Below, piece by piece: positions 53,414 to 64,000 of a stretch of 64,000 nucleotides of DNA. Within the stretch, counting starts at the first letter, position 1. Each line of letters starts with the position of its first letter. Source of the stretch: Mesotaenium endlicherianum (lineage: Eukaryota). The position numbers and the translations under genes were made by a program. The notes under the pieces are model-generated. The model was not told the origin of the DNA. It was given only the letters and a program-made list of their open reading frames with translations, and did not search any database. The DNA is taken from contig WELA01002166.1 of the NCBI GenBank assembly GCA_009602735.1, forward strand, positions 43,891-107,890. Reading direction: 5' to 3'.

Positions 53414-55552
53414 GTGTGCAAAGATTCCCGTTTAGATTATTAAATGGTTTTTTCACAGTCCTTAGAATTAAAATGAGGTGGACATATAAGAAGTAATTGT
53501 ATGGCATTAAAGAAAAAGAGTTGCAATCCGCGTCCAAGTTTCAAAGAAAATTATAACTCCATGGACCCCATGTTGCACGTATGCAAAGATGGATGATGGG
53601 GAAAAAGTTCAATTAAAAGTTGGGGACAAATTACGCTAAAAAAGTCAAGAGATCTATGAATATTACGACAAAAAAATAGTTAATGTCAATTTGATGCAAA
53701 AGTTTGAATAATTGCTTGTACCAAAAGAATCCAAATGGAGAATTAACACAAAATATTGGAATCCTAAAAGAGAAGTCAAAAATATATAAACACGCAAACG
53801 ACACTAAAATTTTGTACACAAACGTTGCAAGCAAATTTTTCATGACTGCATTCATCTTGATCCACGCAACCAGCATGCAAGTTTCCTTTTGCCTTTCCAA
53901 ACAATTTTGACTAGTGTACCATCTAAGAGTTCCTTTGTATATTTAATGATCACTTTTACTTTTCATACTCTTATTTACATAGGTACCACTTTAACATATT
54001 ATCTCATATCACTCACAAGTAGGTACATAGATTGTCTATGCTCAAGTCACTGTTCTGCATGCAAGTAGCCCAAGAAATGTAAACCACTTTCATGCTTATG
54101 ACTGCTATTTCTCCCTTATGTACTCCTGATTTATGACATACACATTAAGCACCTCCCTCTCATCACTTTCTTGTGAAGTGCTTTGCATGCATAGTGTGCT
54201 CACAATTTCGCGCCCTTATTGCACATTTTCCTTGAAGTGTTGCTTTGCTTATCATTTGCTTATGTAATTGTTGAATGAAGACAATATAGAAATTAAGTAT
54301 TCTTGAGCACATTTTTTGTATACTACTAACTCTTACTCTCACCTTTTGGTGTGCCACCCAGTTCCAGCCCCCCATTCACTATCTTGCATACTTGAGAGGA
54401 AGAAGAATGTAGAAAATGGGCACAAACACACTCAAGCACCCTCACTTGAAATGCTTCCTACTTGCATATACAAGATGGAGTGGATTGGTGATGTGCCATC
54501 CTTGCAAAGGTTAGGGAACTACATGAGAGAGGAATATAAAAACTCAGCTGATTAGAGATTTGCTTGCAAGAGAGAAGTAAGACATAAGCTTTCAAGACTT
54601 TACAATCTTCTCCAGTACATTATACTCCTCATTTACAATTAAATTGTAAGTATCCTCTCTGGCAAAGTACAGCTCTTGAGTCTTTCACTATGGCTCCTTT
54701 CCTTGTTGGACAAGCTAGCATAATCACACACACAATCACACACTCTACAATATTCGGTCATACGATCTTCTTAACTCCTCACCACGTTTCTGAATTCTCA
54801 TGATCACCTTAGCACTTTACGCAATCGTACAAAAATCCTCAATCATGATTTGCTGTCCTAGTCTTTCGAGTCCAATTGATTTTTGTCACTAGACTTGTCA
54901 TTGTCACTACATTGAATATGTGACACTTCTGACTTTGAATCCTTTTATTTCTCCCAAAGTACATGATTGTTTCAATACTATTTCGAAGGAGGTATAGCAA
55001 ATGCCGAAGGTTTTTTGAGTTGTACTACGTGTCACCAAAATGCTAGAAAATAATAATCTTCACTTGCACAATCTTACAATACTGATATCAATATGTCAAT
55101 GAGCGTACCCTGCTAGTCATCTTGCATACCATCGAGAAGGTATCTTGAGATACTTTTTGATGAAATGGCACCATGCATAGCAATTGTACGTGTAAAATAT
55201 ACAATCGTTAAGTGATTTGTGAGTTGCGTACTCTTCAAATTCTTATTGAGCTCCGTAACTTTGCATGCCTTGACCCACACAATAACCCTTCTCTCTTTTT
55301 TCCTACAATCATGCATTACTTCATGTATAGACAATCCATCCCTTTTGAGCACCCCTTCTTATCATATCACACTTATATGTAGGAATCCCTTTGCGTAAGA
55401 ATCTCTGTATCGCATAATCAAATCAAGTCGCGTTGTCATATTATTAAGAAAGAAAATCATCTTGATAAGTGTAAATGAAGATCCTAGATCTGTTTTTGTC
55501 TTACTCTCTCTCTCATTCGAGACAGTTTCCACATATTTCTCGCGCGATTCAG

Positions 55553-55999
55553 GGCCTGACTGTACGGCTGACGCAGGCTTAGACAGACTCCTTAAGAGTA
55601 CGGCTGCTGTTGTGAACCAGAAGGCGGCCACAATGAAGCAAATATTGGACTACACAAACATCCTATCGAAGACAGTAGACGCTTGAGACTCCAGGGCACA
55701 AGCAGCCAGGATAGAGGCAGCCATCTTGAAAAAAAACGGCCCGATTGCAGGAGGCTGAGAGTATCAGAAGAACAGAGGAGCCTCGAAGAGCAATAGAGTA
55801 GAGAATGTTGGAGGAAAGAAAACTTCAGGAGCTCCAAGCAGAGGAGTCGGAGACTCGAAAGAGGATGGAAGTTGCGGCTGCTGAGCTGGCAACACTGAAC
55901 GATCAGATATCCGCCAGCGTTGCAGAGGGGGCCAGATTGGCAGACTTGCCAGAGGTTTTGAGGCCCACCGTGGGCGAGAAGGGAGAGGGAAATGAATGA
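55553..55999 (+). pseudogene. Relic terminal exon encoding a coiled-coil-like protein
   Basis: AG at 55551-55552, then LDRLLKSTAAVVNQKAATMKQILDY…*DSRAQAARIEAAILKK, a frameshift in an A-run, and …MLEERKLQELQAEESETRKRMEVAAAELATLNDQISASV…*. Confidence 0.45.
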
Positions 56000-56488
56000 A
56001 GCAAAGGTACCCTGGTCGAAGACGAGAGAGAGCAATGAGAGGCAAAAAAATGGAGCAGCAGCATGGGTAGGTTGATTGCGTCGAGTGTAATTTGAAATAT
56101 GCATGTCTTGACTCTCCATGTAATAGAGAAGAGTCTTGGACCTTGTCGGGTTATACCATCAAACGTTCCACTTTATTTCTTTACTACCACAATTCAACAG
56201 ACCATCCTACTCATACCCCTCCAGTTAAGCATTATAAAGGCCAACAAGATGTGCACTTTAATGAATACGCATCCGACAGTTTCAAGTCATTTGCTAGTAT
56301 CGGCAAAAAAACTTCAATTGAGTTACAAAGACATTAGATTTGGTGCACGATTCGAGGATAGAGACAACAACATGAAGTGCTTCAAAGAAGGGTTTTGAAT
56401 CTGGAGCAGCTGTACCACACAAATCCATGCAAGATTGCTTGTTATCGTCCTTATGATTGAAGGGCGTAAGCACGAGGCAATGAGAATG

Positions 56489-59400
56489 TCATATTGCCTC
56501 GGCAACCCGTATCGGCCGATGCGGTCTTGGAGCTGCGATGGGGGACAACAACCAAAGTCAAACAGTCGAGCAGTCAACACACCACACCAACGTCAACCAC
56601 CACACTAGAGTCAGTTGTCATAACTATCAGCGGGCCAACTTCAGCACTCATTTGCTCAATGCAAAGGATGCAGGCAAGTAGTCTTTTCTTGCCAACTAGA
56701 GGATCACAACAAGCCAATCAACAAGAACCAGGAAGGAAAGGCCGCCAGAATGAGCTACAGTTTGGAAGAGTGAAAGTGGACTTCCAGACCATGCTTGCAT
56801 TTGTTTTTCGTTTCCGCTACTGCCACACGCGTCCCTTTTCTCTCTTCTGTGCCTGCTTTTTGTACATTACGATCTCATGCAATACGCATCTAGCAATGTC
56901 TCATGAAGATCTGGAAACCATGTCTTGAGACACTACTCATCCCCCATTTCATTTTCGTTTTCCTCTACCAAGAAGCGCTTTGAGCATGCAATTGGCGCAA
57001 ACTGCCGTATGCTTTAGACGGAGAAACAAACAAAAACGAAAGCCAACTTCGATCCCTTCGTGAGGTCGCCTCTTGCATTGACAACAGAAAAGCCACACAC
57101 CCTGAACCCTGCGAACCCCTCTAAACCCCTCTGAGACAGACACCTTGAGATGGATGGACAGCTGGCAATAGCACGCACCGTTGGGGTTTCCTTGCTCGTA
57201 GAACAGCCGGAAGAGGTCCACCGCCTGCTCTGCCAGCACGCCACCTGTGCAGCGCAGCCCTTGCTTGGGCAGCGGCGCCGTAGTTGTCAAACTGCACCAT
57301 CCTCGAATACCCTCGAACAACATCTGTCAGCCGACGGGAGCTCCCCCCTTGTCTCTGAGAGGGTGCGTGCGTGCCGGCCATGTGTGTCCATGCGCATGTG
57401 TGTGTGTGTGCATGTGTGCGCGTGTGTGTGTGTGTGCGTGCATGTGTGTGTGTGTGCGCGTGTGCGTGTGCGCATGTGTGTGTGTGTGTGTGTGTGGTCA
57501 CAGAGCAACGAGAGACACTTCATGTGTCATGTGGATGCGTGTGTGCGTGTGTGCAAATGTTGGCGTGCCTCTGGACAATATTCTTATGCACAACACGCGC
57601 TTGGAGTATCTGAACCGACACAGATAGTGTGAAGCAAATAAGATTGTTCTTCCACTTTGGGGAACAAGAACATATACTGTTGAGGGCAAGCAATACAAGA
57701 TCACACTTGTCCCTGCAAACCCCCTCCCCCCCCCCCCCCCCCNNNNNNNNNNNNNNNNNNNCCCCCCCCCCCCCCCTCAACCCACAATACAGCTACAGCT
57801 ATACCCAGAAGGCTTGCATGGCGAGAGTTGCGAGTGCCACCTGGCAGCGCAGGGGCCAGCGCCAGTGCGATGGACGTCCAGGACGGAGCCACATCCTCCA
57901 AAACGATCGTTGGGGCACCCGTAGAAGACCCGCCGGAGCCCTGAACAATGCACACGTGTCATGCACGCACACGCACACAAGCACTCACACGCTTGAGTGG
58001 AGCGAGTGCAACCCAAGCCTCGATGCCCCAGCGACATGCACGTATACGAGAGGCCAGCCCCAAGCCCCACAGAAGACGACGCGGCGAGAGCGATCCAGGC
58101 GGCCTCCTCTGCCGCCCGCCTATGCCGCCCGCATCTGCCGCCCAGGCATACATGCCCCCCGCGATGGCTGCTGCACATTGCAAATCGTGCGCATCCGAGC
58201 GTGAGGGAGGCGAGGGCTTCGCTGCCGCTTCTTCGTGCCGAAGCCGAGAAGCCCCGCCAGTACCCGACAGCTGTCATTCCCACGACCTACCCGCCTCTGT
58301 CTGCTCTGCGACAGACTCACAAGCGCGAAGCTTTCAGGAGTCTTGCGAAAGATCGAAATCGCCGGAAGAAAAAAGAGGGTATCTTCTTTTGTTCGTCTCA
58401 CCCAGGATGGAGAGGGCGGCGGCGCACATGATGCAGGGCTCGCACGTGACAAACAGCTGGCACTCCGCCAGCAGGCCAGCAAAGCGGGCCTGCTGACAGG
58501 TAGCGGCGGCTGCCGGGCCGGCGTCGGCGGGCAGGCAGCTGCTGCCAGGCTCCCCGGATGGGTGACAGGTGGCACGCTCCCGGCCCTCAGATTGGAAATC
58601 AGATAGGATCATGTCGATGGCCTCCATCTCGGCATGCCTTGTGGCCTGTATGTAACAGAGACCGCAACAATTGGAATATCAATTTGAATCAATTTAATTG
58701 CATTCAAAAGGGTGTACATTTGAAACGTAGACTAGAATGTGAATCAACTCCTTTGTGGAATAAGGACAACTCAATCAATCGCGTCAGAGTAAACGTTGTA
58801 TAGCAATACAAGCACAATAATCGAAGCGTCCACAAAGTGCTCGATGCTCTGCAGGACTATCAAGCACTCCAATTACTAATGCTAACAGATTGCATGCAAA
58901 GCGTACCCCTCCCCTGCAATGGTAATCAGCAAAGGTGATGCTAAACCCAAACTTAAACATCTACCCCGTACATCCTCGCTATGCATATCCTAGCTGCACC
59001 TTCCACAAGAAGTGCGACCGCGCGTGCACATCGCGGTGAATTGGGATACAGAGAAGGGGACTCTGACTGGAACGCACTCGACAAGCAGATGACACGTGCA
59101 ACATATGTACTTAATGTACATGGCAGTGCGAAGGTGCAACGCATGGGCCATCTGGGGAACAGATTCCATGTTCCAATGCGAGGGTGTGTGTGCGTGCCCT
59201 GCAAGGATTTATAAGGGTCAGCAGAAAAATCTTCCCCATCGCCAAGCAACAACAGCAATTAGAACAACCAATTCTCGACCACCGCAGCCCTGCAGATTGA
59301 GAGCCGCACACAAAAGCAGAACCAGAAAGAACCAAAAGCAAACAAACAAACAAACAAACAAAGACCTGAAGGCTATTGGCGGGCAATCAAAAAAAGAATC

Positions 59401-62056
59401 ATGCCGCGAATTATGCTGCGCCACCGGGAAGCATACCCCAAGGCATGCAACCTGCAACATGCAGCCACATACAGCATACACCTCGTTGAGCGTGGTGCAG
59501 CGCGGCGGGGCTCTGATCGACAATGCTTCAGAGCACAGGGGGGGCAAAGCTCAGGGGGTTAAGCTGCGGGTTTTGGGGGTGTGAAGCTTCTCGGTGGAGG
59601 GGAGTAAGAGCGGCGGGAGGNNNNNNNNNNNNNNNNNNNNNNNNNNNNNNNNNNNNNNNNNNNNNNNNNNNNNNNNNNNNNNNNNNNNNNNNNNNNNNNN
59701 NNNNNNNNNNNNNNNNNNNNNNNNNNNNNNNNNNNNNNNNNNNNNNNNGGGGGGGGGCTAAGAGGGGGGGCTGAGGGCTCGCACGTTGCGGGTGAGGTTG
59801 GTGCGGTTGCTGCCCCGCCCGATCACTCGCCCCCTGTGCACCACCACACACCTGGAGTGGCGAATTGCAACGTGCTTAGGATTTAAGGCACGGGGTTTTG
59901 GTCTAGGCTTTAACGTGCATGTAGACTTTTGTAAGGAGTAGATGGACACAGCCAGGTGTCAACAATCGAAGATCACACGCCGAGCGTGGAGGTAGAGAAG
60001 AGTGCTTCCTTCTGCTCCTGCATAGACGTGGAACAGCAGATTGCAATACGTACATACATATATGTAATGTATGTGTATACGTGTATGTATACATGTATAT
60101 GTGTATGTATATGAATGTATGTCTTTATGTAAATAAGTATATATGTATGTATATGAAGTAGCTTGATGTAGATATATTTCAGCAATCAGAGTATCAGACG
60201 ACGCATCGCGTGATGGCGAACAAGAGATTCTTTTCCAATATGACCGGCGCCCTCCAGGTGCCTTTTGTTTCTCAAAGAAACTTGACGGATTGACAGCAAC
60301 ATTTGGTGGATTTCGACATTCGATGGAAACTGATACTGATACTCAAGCAGATGTTTGCAAGGCTATCACGCATGTTCAACACAGCAGAGGCACAAGACTT
60401 GGCCGAGGAAGGGAGACACACACGCACGCACACACCGACACACAGATACGCACACACGCGCGCATGCGCGCCCAGAGAGAGCGAGAGAGGGAGTGAGAGT
60501 GAGGGGGTGCTGGAGGTGAAGGTGTAGGCGGAGGCAAATATGGCCATCTGCAGCCCCCACCCCTCCCGCCCTCCCTCCGCCCCCCCTCCGCCNNNNNNNN
60601 NNNNNNNNNNNNNNNNNNNNNNNNNNNNNNNNNNNNNNNNNNNNNNNNNNNNNNNNNNNNNNNNNNNNNNNNNNNNNNNNNNNNNNNNNNNNNNNNNNNN
60701 NNNNNNNNNNNNNCCCCCCTCCGCCCTCCCTCCCCCCCCTCGCCCGTCTCAAGGAGGTGGTGGTGCTTTCAGTATAAGAGTTTGGGGCTTTAGGGGTAGG
60801 GCGTAGGTCAGGCTTAATCTAGGCTTAAGTCAGACTTAAATCAGGCTTATGAACTACGCTGCGAGATCCCCAGTCACTGGGTAGGGTGGGGTAAGAGTCA
60901 GAGAGAGGGAGAAGAGAAGGAGTCAAAGGGGGGGTAACGAGAGCAGGCCACTCCAAGCAGGAGCTCTAAGGTCTAGTGCACAAATATGGTGAAACTTTGC
61001 CAGATAAGGATGTTAATGCGTCTAAAGATGATAGTGCGCCTGAGGATGTTAGTGGGCATGTCAAATTTCTCACCCAACAGGAACTTCGAGGCGGTCCATG
61101 GCAGCTCTTGCCTGCCCGCTTCCATGGGGAAACCCCAAAAAAAAATATTCACCAGGAAAAATAAAATCAAAAGGAAACAAAAGAATAAAAAGAAAGAAAA
61201 GAAAAGAACATACACACGAAGTATTTGCATGTGCCACCAGCCAAGACCTGCTGCTGCTCCTGCTGTTACTGTTCCTGCAGGCCCAGGTGCCGCTGCTGCA
61301 GCTTGAAGCACATGCGATGTATTATTTAGAACGTAAATCATCAGCCTCAGCCTCAAGATTTGAATTTTGGTGGTGGAGAATTCCCGAGGCTCGAATCGGC
61401 TGGTTGGAAGAATGGATGCACTAAGTGGCTGCACTCAATTGGTCCATCTCCTTCAAGAAATCACACTTCGATTGCATCGTCAAACTTCTGGCCAGTACCA
61501 GGGGGTCTGTTGGGGCCAATCAAATATCGGGAAATCATATGTAGTGTAGCTTGGGCACCGCACTGCCACCTGTCCCCTCGTGAGCACAGGTGGGGCAGGT
61601 CATCCAGGGGCAGTGCTGCATGCGGCTGACTGACTGACAGAGTGGCAGAGGGAGCACTCAGTCTGCCAGCTGAGGTTGACAAAGCTGCGAAGGCAACACT
61701 ACTCGAGGAGAACATGCCTGTCTGCTCCTTTGCAGTAGCCCCTGCGCCCTTACGCCCACCCACTCTCTGACTGTATGCTAAAGCGAGACACTCGTGGCGC
61801 TTTTGTGGCATCTCCTTGTGGCTTTTAGAAACAAGGGTTGCAAGTCTATGAATTGCATGACATATATATATGGCATTCTATTGTAGTATTTATATGGCAT
61901 TTTATTGACATTTGTTAGATGAGTTTTCGACAATATAGCAAAGGAGGGCAGTACCTCAGCCAAGGCGAGCTCCATGAAGCGTGTTACATGCTCCTTCCCC
62001 TCCTCCTCCTCCTGCTGTTGCTGCTGCTGCTCCTGCTGCTTGAGCTGTCGCAGCAT
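56489..62056 (-). CDS. TAD2: tRNA-specific adenosine-34 deaminase catalytic subunit TAD2/ADAT2 (about 235 aa); exons 62056-61955, 61111-61074, 59851-59785, 58645-58402, 57940-57841, 57291-57179, 56532-56489
   Basis: [25 protein letters not shown]…[21 protein letters not shown]…[18 protein letters not shown]…[15 protein letters not shown]…[18 protein letters not shown] and PCxxC zinc motifs present; all introns GT-AG and phase-consistent (708 nt). The exact start codon is less certain. Confidence 0.93.
59621..59748. other. Assembly gap (N run); others at 3734-3767, 57743-57761 and 60593-60713, each bordered by G- or C-rich runs
   Basis: Directly visible. Confidence 0.99.
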
Positions 62057-64000
62057 AGCTCCTGTTGTGACCTTATCTACTATTTTCACCTGATCCAAGG
62101 CGTTAGCGGCTAGTACAAAACCAGGCACTAATAATTTCTAGGGATGTTAGACCTATCAATACTCAAGAATGCAAAGGTGGCATTGAAGCTAGTAAAGACT
62201 TGAGCTCTTTGCAATTGCCGAGGACCCTCGTCGGCTTCTACAGTGTCATACTTGATGTATTGAAGAACTCTCGTAAAACAGCCCACCAGTAGCTCGACAA
62301 GGAGGACAGAGACTGGAGTTTACGGACAACATCTGTTCATTGTTCGAGCGTACACAGAAGGCCGTGGTACGTTGAGGTCATGACCTGGAGGTAAAGTTTT
62401 GAATTGCTGTAGTATTAAGACCTCTCCGATTAAAGACCCTCTCGTCGCTAGATGCCTGTGCTGTCAGAGCGCACTTCATATGTTTCAGAGCATTGTTTCA
62501 AAGTGAATTGGAGCGATGTGAAATTTCCATTCGACGATTCGTTTCTTCTCTTCAGCTTTCGTAAGAATGGCCGAACATACCCATGTCAGCGGTTAATCGT
62601 CCTGCTGAGGGCAGCTCAGGAAGAGAAACTGAGACTGGGTATCAGTCATGACGAGGTAGAAGCAAGGCAATGCATCGTATGCATCAGTGCCGCCAATGGT
62701 TGCCTGTTTGATCGTGGATCAGTCACATAGTGGTGAAATGTACCCAACCCTTAGACGCTGCATACGCAAAGTAGTGGGGATATAGAATTCGAAGGAAGGA
62801 ATTAGTAGTCGAGTACAATCTCACGTCCGCGTGTTTCCATAGGGTGGGCATCTTAGTTTCGTTCGGGCTACTTAACACCCTTCCTGCTCTCACGTCCATT
62901 GTATCTTTAATTCTGATGCTGTTTCCCCTGAGCCTTCGTGCTTGAGCAGGAGGAGAGCCCTCCTTCTGCTGGGTAAAAGCAGAGGCGTGAACGGGCTACT
63001 CAGGTGCAGTCTAACTTTTTAGCTGATACATTTCATGTTAGCGAGATGCGTGTAGTGTGTGTTAGCATGTCTCAGTTCAAGTATGAATTTAGAGTTTAAT
63101 TTCAATACAGTAGAATCAGCAACACGAACCGCGGGAATGTGTGGCTGCGGTACTTCTGTCGACAACTCTGCGGACTATTGTACGTAATAGGGAGGTGCAT
63201 GCACATGTGGGCACTCATCTATGTGTTACGCTTTCTTTTTTAGTAAGGCTCCCGCCTCTTGTCCAAGTCAGTGGAGCCTACTGCAAAATTCTAATTAATT
63301 CCTCTGTTTACCAAATCTTGTTCCTTCTATCTCGCATCGCAAGGGCCGTGGAGCAGGGCAGAAGGAGAGGGAATTTGCGGGATCATGAGCGTGAAGGTTT
63401 TTGGGCCGGGGTTTTACGACGTAAGGCAAGGGCCAGAAAGGGCCAGGGCCCAAGTGTGGGGTACAAAATTGAGGGTTTAAGCTTCTGTCTCTGAGGGTTT
63501 AAGAGCTGTACTCGTCTTTTCTCTTCTCTGCCCCGCGGAAAGGCTGCAGCGCCTTTTGCGAGGATGGCTAGATCCAAAAATGGCAAGTGGGGGGCAGGGT
63601 GTGGAAAGGGCGCAGTTCCTTTAGTGGTACTCTGCACCAACCCGTCCAACTCGGGGGCTTCAGTGTCAGGTTTCAGGGTTTAGGTTTTACGTTTGAGGGA
63701 CGTAGGGTGTCGGACGTAGGCTTTTAGATCCAGCTCTCTCAGTTCCTCAGCTCTTCTCAAAACATTCCTAGGCCCATCGTGGGTTTGAAAGAAAAGTTGT
63801 GTGCTGACTCACCAGCCACGAGCGGAAACACACACTACATGTGAGCATAAAAGCCTCAACGTTTGCTTGACGCACGCGCAAGTTCTCCCCCTCACTCGCG
63901 TGGCCTTCTCTCTTCCCCTCCTGCTTGAAAATCTTTGCAGGCGCCTCGCAGGCGTCTCTTCGGCCCCCTCTCCCTCCCCTCCCTCTTCCTCCTTTTCCTC

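Noticed and set aside
62927..63004. Nested hairpins (CCTGAG/CTCAGG, AGCCC/GGGCT, TCTGCT/AGCAGA) as a possible ncRNA or TPP riboswitch
   Set aside because: Stems are short and I see no match to TPP, snRNA, 7SL or telomerase RNA motifs; an Rfam scan would be needed.

Overview
Eukaryotic nuclear DNA, probably a streptophyte green alga or other plant-lineage genome (inferred from plant-type proteins, GT-AG introns and TTTAGGG-like motifs). Two GC-rich, intron-rich gene regions flank an AT-rich island at about 16.4-56 kb. The left region holds a PAT10-like DHHC S-acyltransferase (+) and TIM21 (-); the right holds TAD2/ADAT2 (-). The island contains four insertions of one chromodomain Ty3/gypsy family: intact copy A (23649-30315, TSD CATAT, -1 frameshift gag/pol), decayed copy B (45445-51999) and solo LTRs D (34954-35456) and C (52911-53413). 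It also contains a truncated element of a second gypsy family, E (38776 to about 42725), and several unidentified gene relics. Three observations stand out. (1) The leader of element E carries three tandem antisense copies of the 5S rRNA internal Pol III promoter (box A to box C, native spacing). (2) Swapped target-site duplications between B and C record an LTR-mediated 911-bp inversion. (3) Mosaic LTRs and a nearly unmutated protease tract point to gene conversion among the copies. All analyses were done by eye; no database searches were run.
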